Source: Prorocentrum cordatum
Taxonomy: Eukaryota
DNA: 64,000 nt
Direction: 5' to 3'
Assembly: GCA_963575745.1 (NCBI GenBank)
Contig: CAUYUJ010000114.1
Location: 806,001-870,000, forward strand
In this document: positions 11,621-28,256 of the stretch, one piece after another
Layout: the number at the start of each line of letters is the position of its first letter
Numbering within the stretch: the stretch's first letter is position 1
Translations under genes and position numbers: made by a program
The notes under the pieces: generated by a model
The model's input: only the letters and a program-made list of their open reading frames with translations
Told to the model about the DNA's origin: nothing
Databases searched by the model: none

Positions 11621-12149
11621 GGGGAGGGCCCCTCGTTGTCGCATGGGGCGCGCGGGGGGGGGGCACACGAGACGTTCCAGACGGGGCCTCGTCTCCGAGG
11701 GATCGGGGAGTGGGCGTGTCGTCCTCGGCAGAGGGCGGCGGAAGGGTTCGCGGAGGGCGGCGGAAGGAAAGCGAGGCTATGAACCGCAGCACCCCGCAGT
11801 CGCGGGTAAGAGCGAGCGGGCGGCGGGGACGTTTCGGGGGAACGTAAGACTCGGGTAAGCCGGAACTCGGGTTTGCCGACGTTTTTTGACGAGCGCGTCC
11901 TGGATTTTGACGGTCCAGTTTTCGTGGGATGTTTGCAGTGGGAGCTCGCGTCAAATTTCAGATTGCGTCTCGTCATTTGTATGATGGACCCCGTCAGGCC
12001 AACCCGCGTCCCCCGTACCCGAGTCTTATGTCTCCCCGAACGTTGGCAGTCTGCGAGGCTCGGAAGAAGTCCGCCGCAGGCGCCCATTTTTTACAAATTA
12101 TACAGCGAGCTCGCTGCAAAGCGCCGATTTTTGCGTTCAAGCAATGAGG

Positions 12150-12322
12150 GTGGTTCGCGGGGTGGGTCGCGGCTGGGTCGCGGGTGGGTCGCAGGCAGGG
12201 TCGCGGTTGGGTTGCGGGCGTGGTCGCGGGTGAGTCGCGGGCAGGGTCGCGGGTGGGTCGCGGGTGGGTCGCGGGCTGGGTCGTGGAAGGGTTGCGGCTG
12301 GGTCGCAAGATGGGTCGCAGGG
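12150..12322. repeat. 11-bp minisatellite (gggtcgcgggt-like)
   Basis: Direct reading. A related tract lies at about 46470-46620. Confidence 0.85.
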
Positions 12323-12739
12323 GGGACGGCGACAACAAACAGCCACAAACAACAGACAATACACAACAATCGACGAACGACAAACAACAAATAACATACA
12401 TCAGCAACAACAACCACAAAAAACAGCATCAACAACCATAAACACAACAAATGCAACAACAACAATCCGCACCGCAGAACCTCATTTCAGACACGTGCCC
12501 AGGGACAGTGAATTACCGTTCGGCCCCCTCACTTTGATTTCCGCTGGCGGGCGGCCAGCGGAAGCACAAGATGCGCCCCCTCGGATGGCAACATGCTCGG
12601 GCTCTGGGTTTTCGAGACCCGTCCTATCAGGAAGTTGGATACACATGACGCGGCTGGCTCGGGCGAGAGGTGGATACACATGTGTGAGAGAGCGTGATCC
12701 ACCGCAGCTTTACTGTGCAAAATTGCCACCCTTCTTCCT

Positions 12740-13812
12740 CCGGAACCCGGGCCCCCCCCCCCCCCCTCCGAAAACCCCCCCCCCCTGCTGGACCCCCCCC
12801 CCTCCCTCCCTCCCCCGGCAAAACCCCCCCCCTCCCCTGACCCCCTCCTAGAAAACCGGGGGCGGTCAATCGGTTCGAACCCCCCCCGGGGCCCCTCCTC
12901 CCCGCCTCGAAAACCGGAGGGGGGGTCACTACCGGTTCGAACCCCTCCCTACACACCCCTCACCGCCAGCAAACGACTCCCAGGCCCTACCACCGTCTGC
13001 ACCACATCCCCCACTGTTGTTCCCAGCGCCACTGTCCTCACCACCACTGTCCCCACTGGTTCCACCACCTTCCCTACTGTCCCCACCAGTGCCCCCACCA
13101 CTGTCGCACTGTCCCCACTGTCCCCACCACTGTTCCCACCACGGTTCCACTCTGCCCACTTTCCCCACGGCCCCAACGACTGCCCGACTATCCCCACTGT
13201 CCCCATTGTCCCACTGACTCCTCCGCTGTCCCACTGAGCTGTCCCACTGATCCCACCACTGTCCCCACTCTACCCACCACTGTCCCCACTGTACCTCTGT
13301 CCCAGTGTCCCACCGCCGTCCTCGCCACCGCCTTCACCACTGTCCCCACAACACCACAGTACCCTCCACTGTCCCACTGTTTCCACCACATTCCCACTGT
13401 CCCCACACCACTGTCCCCACCACCGTCCCCACCATTGTCCCACTGCCATTGTCCTCACCACTGTCCCCACCACTACCGTCCCCACCACTGTCCCACTGTC
13501 CCCACCACTGTCCCGCTGTCCCCTCACCACTGTCCCCACCACCACCGTCCCCACCACTGTCCGCACTCCCCCCCCCCCGGTTTTCGAGAGGGGGGGGTGG
13601 AGGGGTTCGAACCGGTAGTGATCCCCCCCGGTTTTCGAAGGGGGAGGGGGGGGGGGGAAGGGGGGGGGTTCGAACCGGTAGTGACCCCCCCCCCCCCCCC
13701 CTTTTCGTAATGGACTGGGGGGGGGGGAGGGGTTCGAACCGGTAGTGACCCCCCGCGGTTTTCTGGAGGGGGGGGGGAGGGGTTCGAACCGGTAGTGCCC
13801 CCCCCGGTTTTC
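12740..13812. mobile_element. Foldback-like element with repeated inverted arms around a CCCCACTGT minisatellite
   Basis: Left aaaaccgg..tcactaccggttcgaacc x2, right ggttcgaaccggtagtga..ccggtttt x4, core at about 13005-13560. Confidence 0.65.
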
Positions 13813-14145
13813 CGCCAGCAGCGGTAGAACACGCTCTTTCACATGTGTACACGGCCAGGCACGCTAGGTTTCGGCGTGCGTGTCCAGCGAGTGGGCTCCG
13901 CATTTGAATCCAGCCATGTGTGTTTCCAGCCTCCTACTGGGGGCGGGGAGCACTGTCGGAAGCAACGCCGCGTCCCTCGGGGTCCAAGAGGGGGCCGAGG
14001 GCCAGGAAGAGGATATGTCATGGTTAGGGCCATGGCATCTCCCAGATTTCATGACCACGGGTTCTTTTTGTCCTCCTCCTCCAGCTCTTTCAGCACGTCC
14101 GCTGGTCTGCGCTCGTCCGCGCGCGCACCTGCCTCGGACTATGAT

Positions 14146-14308
14146 TCAGGAGGGGAAAAAACACACAGACACAATTAATCGTCGATCCCCCGGAAAATAT
14201 GGGAAAATATGGGAAGTGGGGGGGGAGACAAAAATCAAGAAACTATGGAAAAGTATAGGGGATTCTTTTCTTTGTGTGCATTTATTTGTGTGTCCCAGGG
14301 CCCCTTCA
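14146..14308 (+). mobile_element. Family A copy
   Basis: Colinear. TSD degenerate. Confidence 0.8.
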
Positions 14309-14537
14309 AATGGTGCGCATCCCCCCCTCTTCGCTGGCCCCCTCCTGGGCGCACCCGAGCCTCCACGCGTCGAGAAAAAAAAGCAACGGCGCCCGCATCC
14401 ACTCTCGGGGGTCTGCGCGGGTGTCTCTTTGCTCGGCGCCGGGCCCCCGTGTCGGCGCGCCGCCCCCCGGCGCACTCTCCGCGTGCGCTCCAGGAGTCCG
14501 CGCGGACCTCTGGAAGTTTGTGCTTGTGCATTGTGTC

Positions 14538-14673
14538 CTTGGCATCGCTCGGACGTGTGCATTTTTCCGTCGGCGAGGGCCATGGAGAAGCATCCCTGAT
14601 CATTTGGCGAAAAAGCTACGCACGAAACCGAAAACAAAAACACAGAGGGAATGGACGTCCGAGCGATGGCGAG
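14538..14673. mobile_element. MITE family E copy
   Basis: TSD tgtc. Confidence 0.82.
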
Positions 14674-16125
14674 TGTCATTCTTCTGACGTTGCCGGTCAT
14701 CATCGTCAGATCCATCCCCGCCCTCACCCAGCCCGAAGCCTCGGAGACGGCACCCATCCCCACCTGTGAGGCTAGGGGGGGGGGGTACTTGGGTCGGCTA
14801 ATGGGGCCGAGGTTCACGGGAGGGGGGTGGGGACGGTTTTATTGGAGAGGCCTTACGGCCGGTTCCGCGGATCTTGAAGGGGGGTTTTGAAGAAGGCCTC
14901 AGGAAGGTCGCGAGCTGGGTGTCTTGGGAGGCCCGTTCGAGGTACTTCTGTGGTCTCTTAGAGCCCTTTGGGAGCGCATTGGGAGCCTCAGAGGGGATTC
15001 TTGGGGGTCTTTAGTGTGCCCCGGCTGGGTGGGGATAGTTTGACTTGCCCGGAGCATTTGGAAAGTTCGGGCCAGGAACCTAGCGGAGCCGTGCTAGACT
15101 GGCCCGCAGATTGCGGGGGCCAAGCCCGCTCGGACTCGTATATTCTGTGGGCGTCACCCCAAGCGTGACGGCCTCACAGTCGAACGCGGACCGTGGTCGC
15201 AGTGATCACGGCCAGACCACGGCCCACGGTGCACCACTGCATTTATCAGTGGTGGATGGTCTGTCTGTCGCGGGCCACCAAAAAATCCGCGCTGACGTGG
15301 CCACCTCTCCCGGCGTCCCAGCGCCGCAGGCGCGCAACGATGTGCGCATCCCGCAGGGGCCTCCTCTCGCTGTCCAGGGGGCTCCCTGCGGCCCCCCAAG
15401 CGCAGAGCCCAGAGTCCAGAGCCTGTCTCCTCTTGCTGCTGCGCAGCGCTCCACAGCGATTCCTCTCAAGGACCGCGCTGCGCTGCGCGCGCGCGGACGC
15501 ACGCGCGGGAGACGCGCACCTGGCATCCTCGGACGCCGCCTTGGATGGTTTCCTTGAGAGGGGGACGGAGGGAGGAAGGTACCATACAACTTACCAGAAC
15601 CTGAATCGAGGGGGATAGGCGGAAAGGGATGGGTTTGAGCTGCGGGGCCATTCAAGGGATGTTGAAGCGGGTACGGATGACATGGCTCTTTGCCTATAGC
15701 GATGTTCATGACGTTTCTTGTGGGTAACGCAGTAGGCGAGGTAGCAGCTTTCGGGTTGGAAAACATACGTAGTTGTACTAGGAGTCGTCCGTCTTGAAGA
15801 TTAGGGCCCGTCGTCTCCACGAGCACGCTTTGTATCTCCGTGGATGGGGTCCGCAGGCCCGCGCTTGCTGCTCGTTGCCACTAGGGGTGGTAAACCACTC
15901 GTGTTGCAACGTCAGCTTGTGATTAACAAGTGACCCCCCCGGGGCTGATGAATAGACCCCGCGGGGCGCGAAACATTTTTTGTACCACGCGCACCAGGGG
16001 GTCGCTGCTGACACCACCGAGGGGATCGCGTACCCCTTGCATGACAGCATCAAGACGATTGCCTTTTGTATCGACGTTGTTTAGGAGTCGTACAAGACCA
16101 AGGCGAATTTGTTCCCCCTCTCAGA

Positions 16126-16195
<70 letters not shown>

Positions 16196-16622
16196 TTCTT
16201 CTTCGTCGTCCTTGTCAGCGTCGTCGTCGTCGGTCGTCGTCGTCGTCGTCATCGTTGTCGTCTTCGTCGTCGTCGTCGTCGACTACAGCGCGTCGCGTCG
16301 TCGTCGTCCTCGTCGTCGCCGCCTTCGTCGTCGTCGTCGTCGTCGTCTTCGTCGTCTTGATCGTCGTCGTCATCGTCTTGGTCGTGTTGTCGTCGTCGTC
16401 GACCACAGCGGGCCTGTGCAACACCCCCCCCATAGGGCATCCGCAATGCGTCGTCGTAGTCGCCGCCGTCCGCCGTCCGCCGTTCGTCGTCCCCGTCCTC
16501 GTCCCCGTCCTCGTCCTCGTCCTCGTCCCCTTCGTCATCGTTGTCGTCCCCGTCTTCTTCCTCGTCTTCGTCGTCGTCGTGATTGTCGTCGTCCTCGTTG
16601 TCGTCGTCTTCGTCGTCGTCGA
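16126..16622. repeat. (TCG)n microsatellite
   Basis: Direct reading. Similar tracts at 22945-23290, 33010-33080 and 40040-40125. Confidence 0.95.
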
Positions 16623-16669
16623 GGATTACAGCGACCAAAACAGAGAGGGGGGAGGACTGCCCGCTTTGC

Positions 16670-16865
16670 TCGGGTCGAACGAAAGGCTGGGGAAGGAAAG
16701 GGGGGATTGCGAAACCTGCTGCACGTAGCTGGTTTCGGTCGCCCCGCCGAGGGGCCACTCCTCGATGCATGGCCGCGTTCGGCGCCAGGGGGCGCTCGGA
16801 AAATCAGCAATGCGAGCTGCTGGGCAAATCCCCTCTGGGCCACGCCCCCCTTTCGACCAGGCCGC
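16670..16865. mobile_element. MITE family I, diverged copy
   Basis: Colinear with 361-555. TSD not recognisable. Confidence 0.7.
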
Positions 16866-17633
16866 CTGCCTCGCGGGCCCGCGGGCTGGCGCCCCCCTGG
16901 CTGCGGCCAGGGCAAAGGAAGCGCATCGGTTCGACGGAAGAGAGCAGGGAAAGTGCGGGGGCGAGCGCCGACAGCAGCTCTTCTTCATTTCGAACAGGTG
17001 TCGCCCTGGTTCACCGTCCCTGCTTCTACCGCCTTTGCCTCCCGCCCTCCTCCCCTCCGCCAGTCTGTGTTGTCTGTCGCCTTCCCGCTGGCGGCTGGGC
17101 GTCGGCGCAACTCACCGGTGCCGCCGCCCGCCATTTTCAATCTGGCGGGCGACACCCCGCGATCCGCCCGAGCAGGGATAATATTTTCAAACGTATGTTT
17201 ATCACAAGCTGACATTCGTCGGCGTTCGTAGCGACACCCCCTCGTAGGGTTGCGTGGTTCGATGTTCTATGTTGTGTTGTTCGTAAGGGTCGGTTGGTAG
17301 TGTACAGTAGATGTTGATTGATAGGTCACTCGGTCAGGCCATGGTCCATGCCTACTCTTAGGTGTGTGAAGTCTCGGTTGGGGAGTTGCTATAGTCGCCA
17401 GGTGTGTACATATTCTCGACGAAGGTTTTTTGAGCGAGGCGATTGTGGGCGGTTCTGCAATCATATAATTTCGACTGGGCATCGACAGCTGGCTGTGTAG
17501 AGGTATCGGCGCATCCAATCGGTGGTGAAGGCCTTCGCGCTTCGCCTCGGGGTGGACACCGGCAGCACATTCTTCGCACGTGGCCTTGTAGATGTCGATG
17601 TATTTGTCGTTCTATTACATGTAGCAATCGTAA

Positions 17634-20765
<3,132 letters not shown>

Positions 20766-21037
20766 GCCTGAGGGCGGCCTTGAGCATCCGCAAGTTGGAA
20801 GTACGTCGTGCCGTCGATGCCCTTTTCGTAGTTTCGCATATGAGTTGGGCCCATGTGGTGTTGCATTCCAGATCGCGAAGCCTTATGCCGCCTTCAGCGT
20901 AGGCGCATTGTTAGGTATCTTGTCCACCGTGGGCCCGAAACGGAATCAAGATCCAAGTAAGCGTTGATGGTATCCATCGTAGTCGACGGGATCTGGAGTA
21001 GCCGTTGGTTCGAATCGGTGTGGCTGCCGAATCGGTG

Positions 21038-21072
<35 letters not shown>

Positions 21073-21250
21073 GTGATGATGGTGGTGATGGTGATGGTGA
21101 TGGTGTGGTAATGACGATGATGATGTTGATGATGTTGAAGATGATGGTGGTGATGGTGATTATGATGATGATGATGATGATGATGATGCTGTTGATGGTG
21201 ATGGTGATGGTGATGGTGATGGTGGTTGTGATGGTGATGGTGATGGTGAG
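21038..21250. repeat. (GAT)n/(GGTGAT)n microsatellite
   Basis: Direct reading. Confidence 0.95.
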
Positions 21251-21531
21251 TAGCTGATGCGCTCCCTTGTATACAATCCTATACAATCCATGGATCGTGT
21301 GGAAAGTAGTAGGGATGACCGGTCTGCGACTTGGTCTACTTCCTCCTCCTCCACCTCCCCCACCTCCTCGCCCCCCTCACCTTTCTCCTCCTCGCCGTCC
21401 TCGACCGCCCCTGGTTCTCGCCGGGCGACGGCGACCTCACTGAACGACGACGAGTACGACAAGGGACGACGGCGGCGACGACGACGACGGCAACGACGGG
21501 AATGGGCCTCTGGTCTTCGGCCGCGGGCCAG

Positions 21532-21600
21532 GGCTGCCAGCGCTACCTCGTGACCGGGGCCACCGGGAGCCACACGCACTGCTGCGCGCGGTGCGGGCAG
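21532..21600 (+). CDS. Exon, Cys/His repeat 2 (GCQRYLVTGATGSHTHCCARCGQ)
   Basis: gccag|ggc acceptor, GA donor cag|gacccg, 69 nt, phase 0. Confidence 0.72.
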
Positions 21601-21639
21601 GACCCGACCGCCCCCTGCGCACGACGGGCCTGCCCGTCG

Positions 21640-21832
21640 TCGGGGGCGGAAAAGAGGGGGGTGATGACTAGGGGGGGTGGATATCATGGCGGGGGCCATG
21701 ATATTTCCCCAGATTTCATGGCGCCTCTTCTTATTTCATTACGTCCCTGGTCCCCCCGCTGGGCCGCGCACGTGCCGCCGGTCATGATTTGCACCCCCCC
21801 CTCTTGGACACCCCCCTCTCGGCCGCTCCCGA
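21640..21832. mobile_element. MITE family B, copy 2
   Basis: Near-identical to 49180-49372. TSD cgtcg/catcg. Confidence 0.88.
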
Positions 21833-21890
21833 CATCGCCGGGGGCGTCCGAGAGGGGGGGCGAGGACGGGGGGGGGGGCACCCCCGATGT

Positions 21891-22052
21891 TCAGGAGGGA
21901 AGGAAACACACAGACACAAGTCATCGTCGGTTCCCAGGAAATAGGGGAACATATGGGAAGTGGGGGGGAAGACAAACGCCCAGAAAATATGGGAAAATAT
22001 GGGGAATCGGTTGATTTGTGTGTATTGATTTGTGTGCCCCAGGGTTCCTTCA
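21891..22052 (+). mobile_element. Family A copy
   Basis: Perfect TSD gatgt. Confidence 0.85.
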
Positions 22053-22378
22053 GATGTGTCGTGGCCCCCTCCTCTTGTCTCAGTGCGTCCGTTCACAGGC
22101 CGCGCGCGTGCCTCCGTGCCCTGGGTCACCCGCGGGGGGGCGCGAAGAAGGGGGCCGCGCTGCGCGCGGCACGGTCCAGGCCAGAGCGGTTGCCTTTTCT
22201 TCGATGGGGGGGCGGCGCGAGGGCGCGGTGTCGCGAAAGAGGATTGCGAGTCGCGCCCCGCGGGGCGCAAAATGCGCGAAGCCACTTCTCCTCCTCCTCC
22301 TCCTCCTCCTCCTCCTCCTCCTTCTCCGCCTCCTCCTAGGTCCATGATTTGCAGGCCCCTCCTGGACGCCGCCTTCTT

Positions 22379-22549
22379 TCAGGAGGGGGAAAAAACACAC
22401 AGACTCAGTGAATCGTCGATTTTCCCCCGGAAGTATGGAAACATATGGGAAGTGGGGGGCGGGGAGACAAAAGCCCAGAGAATATGAGAAGACATGGGGA
22501 ATCTTTTTAGTTGTGTGTATTTATTTGTGTGTGTCCCAGGGCCCCTTCA
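22379..22549 (+). mobile_element. Family A copy
   Basis: Colinear. TSD unclear. Confidence 0.8.
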
Positions 22550-23027
22550 TTGGACGCCCACGACATAGGATCACGGGCGCCGTCTCCGCCGGTCCGTCAT
22601 TGGTGACAGCCTGTTGAACGAGTCGAGAAGTATTTGTCACGACAACCAATCCTTGAGGTGAAACCCTTCTCAGGGAAGCGACGCACGCAACGACTGTGGC
22701 CTCCACCGGCTCAGCGCAGCCTTCAACACGGCATCCTCCCATGCAGAGCAAGCGCGATCGACATGCCGAAGGCAGGTCTAGCAAGAGCGGCCCCCGGCCT
22801 CCCGACAGGGCGGTCACAGCCGCCGTGCGGTCGACCCCTTGTCGTACCGGATCTCCGCGCGCGGGCGCCCGGCGACCGCCCTGCCGACCGCCGCCGCTCG
22901 CCAGTCTCGCCGCTCTCGTCACCACCGCCGCCGTCCGCGTTGCATTCGTCGTCGTCGTCGTCCCTCGTCGTCGTCCCTCGTCCCTCGCCGTCGTCGTCGT
23001 CGTCGTCGTGCGTCGTCGTCGTTGTCA

Positions 23028-23095
<68 letters not shown>

Positions 23096-24833
23096 TCCTC
23101 CTCTTCGTCGTCGTCGTACCTCGTCGTCGTTGCCGTCCGCCGTCCGTCGTCCTCGTCCTCGGCCCTCGTTCCTCGTTCCTCGTCCCTCGTCCCTCGTCCC
23201 TCGTCCCTCGTCACCGTCATCGTCGTTCCTCGTATCTCGTCGTCGTCGTGGTCGCCGCTGACGTCACCGCGGTCGTCGTCGCCGTCCGTCGCCGCGCGCC
23301 CGGGTGCCGAGCTTAGCGCGGCGACGCTCAACTCAGCCTGGCCATCGATCGTGCTCAACTCAGCCTGGTCATACGCAGCTCCGCTCACGCTGGGCTTCGT
23401 CGTACTCAGGCTTACCAGCACTCAGTCACTCAGACTTGTGATCACTCACACTCAGATTCATTCATTCTGCGCAGACTCGCTCATAGTCAGACTCACTCGC
23501 ACTCATATCCACTGACACTCAGACTCATTCGCGCCCATAATCACTCAAACTTAGACTCACTCATCCTCAAACTCACTCACACTCGGGATCACCCGCGCTC
23601 AGACTCATTCGCATTCAGATCCAAGCGTGCTTGCACCCACTCATAATCACACTCCGTCGCAATGTCGCCGTGATCATGTAGGAGGCATTGCAGTTGGGCG
23701 GCCCAAGCAGGAGCCGCCAGGGGGGGGGGGGGGACACTTGCCCGTTCGCGGCCAGGCTGTCGGGATGCCTTGAGCGGCTCGGCTTCCTCGTCTGGCGTCC
23801 CGGACGTTTTTTTCTTTTGAGAGGCCCACGATCACCACAAGACAGCAGACATGGCAATTGAGCATCCCAGCGTGGAGACGCCAGGGGGGTTGGGAACACT
23901 TGCCCGGTCGCGGCGGAATTGTGGGAATGTCTAGAGCGGTTCGTTCGTTTGGCGTCCCCGACTCTTTTCTTTTCGCAGCGATGCAGCAGGCATAGCAGTT
24001 GGACATCCCAAGGGGCGGACGCCAGGTGGGGGGGGGGGGACACTTGCCCATCCGCGGCCAGATTGTGGGGATGTCTCGAGCGAGGCGCTCCTTCTTGGTC
24101 CCCGACTCCTCTGCTTTGAAAGCCTTTGTGACCACGGCGACGCAGCAGGCCATGCCTGGAAGATGCGGATTGCTCGACCCCTCCGAGGAACAAGGAAAAG
24201 CGACACCACCACTGCAAGGGACTACATGATCCACATGATCAGATGTCAATTGCAATACGAAACGGGGGATGTGAAATCCGGGGGGGGGGTAGACCCCAAG
24301 ACTTGTTTCAAACACGAGAAATCTAGGCGGCGACGGGGGGCGGCGACAGGTCGGCGACGGGGCGGCGACGGCGGCCCGGGCGACGGGCGGCGACGGGGCG
24401 GCGACGGAGCAGCGACGGCGGCAACATGGCCGCCAGACGGACAGACGGGCCCAGACGACGGGCGGCGACGAAGCGGCGACAGAGCGGCGGCGGCGGCAAC
24501 ACGGCCGCGGGACCGACAGACAGGCCCAATTCCTTGGAGGACAAGTGAGATACCCTGAGGGCGAGCACTGTTCGCGAACGTGCGCGTACATCCATACATA
24601 CATGCACACATACATACATGTGTATACATGTCTATATGATACACATGCGTGTATGCATATACATGTTGGTACGTGTGTGCATATGTATAGAAAGCGGTGG
24701 GGGGGAAGACCGAAGCAAACGGAGTCTCCCAGCCAGGTAACTTGTCTGTTTTTGCCCGCAGCGTGGGATCCCTTCTCTGGGGCCGGATGTTCATCCCGAG
24801 TCTTGTGTTGACTGTTCCAGGGCGTGGTGACGG

Positions 24834-25004
24834 TCAGCCACGCGCAGAGGGGGGTGGGGGGAGGGGGGAGGGCTTCTTAGAAGCACCCCTGCTTCCTAGA
24901 AGTCGCGGGCCTTCTCTATAGATGCAAGGCCGGCGCCTTCTAAGAAGCAGCCTCCTTCTAAGAAGCCATCCCCCCTCCCTCCACCCCCTTGTGCGCGCCG
25001 CCAA
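24834..25004. mobile_element. MITE family G copy
   Basis: Near-identical to 4161-4332, TSD gacgg/gaagg. Confidence 0.85.
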
Positions 25005-25247
25005 GAAGGACCCCGGCTGTTGAAACTTGTAGAATATCTCCCGTCTCTGTTTTGTCGGGGCGCGAGGATGTCCAGGACCCAGACGCATCAAAGAAAAATC
25101 AATAGCCTCATCGACTCTCCTCCTCCTCCTCCTCCTCCTTCTCCTCCTCTTCCTCCTCCTCCTCCATCTCCTCCTCCTCCTCCTCCTCATCCTCCTCCTC
25201 CTTCTCCTCCTCCTCCTCCCCGCTCCCCCAGAGAGTGCTGCCGCCAG

Positions 25248-25307
25248 GAGCCCGGGGAGCACTCCAGGGGCTGCCACATGCGCGAGCCGCTCTGGGCGGG
25301 GCGCGAG
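25248..25307 (+). CDS. Exon ending Cys/His repeat 2 (EPGEHSRGCHMREPLWAGRE)
   Basis: cgccag|gag acceptor, GA donor gag|gacgtg. PGEHSRGC parallels PGRHGPRC of repeat 1. Confidence 0.7.
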
Positions 25308-25821
25308 GACGTGCGACGCCGCCGCGGTTACTCGTCGGCGTCGCCGCCGCCACCGTCGTCGTCGTCGTCGCCAGCGCCCGACCCCAAGCATGAGGAGGAG
25401 GAGGAGGAGGAGGAGGAGGAGGAGGAGGAGGAGGAGGAGGAGGAGGAGGAGAGGGAGGAGGGAGGAGGAGGGAGGAGGAGGAGGAGGAGGAGGAGGAGGA
25501 GGAGGAGGAGGAGGAGGGAGGTGGCCATATGGACATGATTTGTGGCAGCCAGAAGGCCAGCGGGCCTCGAGGCCTTCAGAAGCGACTCGGAGGGAGAGGC
25601 CGGGCTCGGGGAGGAGGAGGAGGAGGAGGAGGAGGAGGAGGAGGAGGAGGAGGAGGAGGAGGAGGAGGAGGAGGAGGAGGGAGGTGGCCAGATGGACATC
25701 AGTTGTGGCAGCCGGAGGCCAGCTGCGGGCCTATAGAGGCCTTCAGAAGCGGCTCGGGCGGGAGAGGCCGGGCTCGGGGAAGAGGATTGTCGAGAGATGC
25801 AGAGGCCCACGCATTGGAAAT

Positions 25822-25984
25822 CCAGGAGGGAAAGAAGCACACAGACACAATGAATCGTCGATTCCCAGGAAAACATGGGAAACTATGGGAAGTGGGTGGG
25901 AAGACAAAAACCCAGAAACTGGGAGAAAATATGGGGATATATGTTATTTTTGTGCATTTATTTGTGTGTTCTGGGTTCCCTTCA
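25822..25984 (+). mobile_element. Family A copy
   Basis: Perfect TSD gaaat. Confidence 0.85.
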
Positions 25985-26199
25985 GAAATGTCGAGGCGCC
26001 GGATGTTTGGGGAGGTTCCTTCTCAAGGTGGGCGTCTGGGAGGGCCGTTTCGGGCTTCCTCGCCAGCCCCAGCTTTGGGTCGGCTCGGGCACGGGCTTGC
26101 GGAGCTGACAGAGTCGAGCGGAGGGGCCAGGGAGGGAACCTGCTTGGCGCGGCCATGTTGGCTCCAGAGCGCACGTTGTGCCCTTTGGCCTCCCGTATT

Positions 26200-26700
26200 G
26201 GTTCTGAGACCCCTGCGGATGCCTAGCCCCAGGTCCTGGGTAGGGCCATCGGCACCATTGAAGGAGGTTTGGGGCCTCTGATGGCCCACTCCAGATGCAA
26301 CCCTGCCATCTCTCGGCAGCACGGGCGGTTCTTTCCTACGATCTGCCTTAGGTCGGCCAAGTCGCGATCGATCATGCGTCAAGTCAAGTGCACGGGGGAA
26401 GCGGGCAGCGCGCGGTTCACCGAGAGGGGCCTATTTGTTTCTGCTCGGTCTGCGGAGCTTACGCTGACAAGCGCTGGCCAGGTCTCTGTGCAATGCCTGC
26501 TGGCCAGCAGGAGGCTAGGCGGCATGGTCAAAGACTCGCGCTTTTCATCGCCTCTAGAATATGTTAAGAGGCTGCCACGCCATGATATGTTGTGGCCGTC
26601 TGGGATGACCTTTGCTGGCCTTCCGGAAGCCAGCGACTCAGGCGATGCCGCTTGAGTCCTTGTCGCTGGCATTGTTTCCTTGTCAAGCTGGCCATCACGC
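26200..26700 (-). pseudogene. Possible heavily decayed LINE RT fragment
   Basis: Minus frame reads PAKVIPDGHNISW ... ETNRPLSVNR, resembling APGPDG...W and RPLS..N at RT-like spacing. Confidence 0.35.
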
Positions 26701-27769
26701 TTGCGGTTGGTCCCTGGGAGGTCTTCTGGGCCTTCGGGCCCCCCCCTCGTCGCCACGAGACAGTGGCGACGCGGAGAGAAGTTCCGCCTGTGACTTGCAG
26801 TGACCACGCGTGGCTCTGCCTGGGTTCTCGCGAGAACCCGAGTCGACACGGTGACGCACAGTGAAAGGGCAATTACCCGAACAGTGGAGACGCTAGGATA
26901 ACTACCACTTTGGACTCAGGAGGGGCTCCAGTTTCCGGGCCGCTCCTTCGATTTGCGTCGGGGAAACAACTTGTGGTCGGGGCTCGCAGCGGCCAGGAGA
27001 TTGTGCTCGGTCTTTGTTCAGCGTACCTTCTGGCAGCACGCTGACCTCAGGGAGGGGGGGGGGCGAGGGGAGGATGCTCCGGACAAGGAGGATCGAGGAA
27101 GCGCAAACATGGATCAAGATGCATAGATCAGCGACGGGCCCCGCTTCCATACATAATGGCGACAGGTCCCGGTTCCCACTGGCCTCATGTTCTGGGGAGG
27201 CTGTCCCCGATCTGTGGATCTGGCGCCTGTGCGCCAGATCCACGGATCCCTCATCCAAGTTCATGCGCGCGACGGGGCAGCAAATGGGTGTGTGCAGAAA
27301 GTCGGAACATGGAGCATCTACATTACCAGCGGCGGGCGGTTTTTTCAATCCCAGGACTTCTTCGAGGGTCGGGGACGACGTCGGGGTGGTGTGGTGTATG
27401 TTTTTTTCCCCGCTCTCCCGGGGAAACCACGAAGAATGCATACACCAGGCTCCCGTATACAACAGGATCCGCCTTCCTGTGCGAGATTCGGTGTGAGGCC
27501 AGACAAAGGCGCTGGTGTGTACAGAGTTCGGCTCCTTAGAGAGGTGCACCCTGTGTGTTGCTTCGGGGCCCTGACATTGGGCCCCATGGGGCCCAAAGGG
27601 TGTGCGCAAGGATGTGCCCTTCTTCGCCCCCCCCGTCCCACTGAGCACGACGCGGTACCTCCGGATCCCCCCCCCCCCCGTGACGATTCGCACCCTTGAC
27701 CATTCTGTCGAACCGGCTCCGCAACCCGAACGTAGCCCACCACAGCGGGCCGGGTGCTGCCGTCTTGAG

Positions 27770-27814
27770 GCCCTCACCGAGCTCTGGCCGACGGCATGGG
27801 CCTCGACAATCCAG
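27770..27814 (+). CDS. Candidate exon (ALTELWPTAWASTIQ)
   Basis: ttgag|g acceptor, cag|gg donor, 45 nt, phase 0. Confidence 0.4.
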
Positions 27815-27861
27815 GGGGCGAAGAGGAAAGTCAAGATGGCCAGGGAAGAGTCTGCTTACTC

Positions 27862-28042
27862 TGAAGTCGGGCGTGCCCCCCTACAGGGGGGTTTTCGACG
27901 AAAAACAGAAAATACCCCAAACATATCCCAAAAAGGTCAAAAGATATTCAAAAGATAGTCCCCAGAGTATTTTTTGATTATTTTTGGGGTATTTTTTATT
28001 TTTCGTAGAAAATCCTCCTGTAGGGGGGCAGGCCCGACGTAA
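27862..28042. mobile_element. MITE family C copy
   Basis: Perfect TSD gcttactc. Confidence 0.88.
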
Positions 28043-28108
28043 GCTTACTCCCCCCTCCCCCCCCCCCCCGGAACCGCCCCCACTCCACCACGGGCCCGCG
28101 CCGCGCAG

Positions 28109-28168
28109 GCGCTCCCCGGGGGGGGGGTGCTCCGGGATGCTGGCGCCGACGACAACGGACCGCCCGAG
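28109..28168 (+). CDS. Candidate exon (ALPGGGVLRDAGADDNGPPE)
   Basis: cgcag|g acceptor, gag|gc donor, 60 nt, phase 0. Confidence 0.4.
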
Positions 28169-28256
28169 GCGAGGAGCCGTCTGCCGTGTTCCTCCCTCCG
28201 TCTCCCCTGTGGTTCCGAGGGGCGCCAACGATACGCCACCGCCAGCCCTGGCCATG

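Noticed and set aside
12860..13800. tRNA genes suggested by GGTTCGAACC
   Set aside because: No A-box, acceptor stem or cloverleaf could be formed around the motifs.
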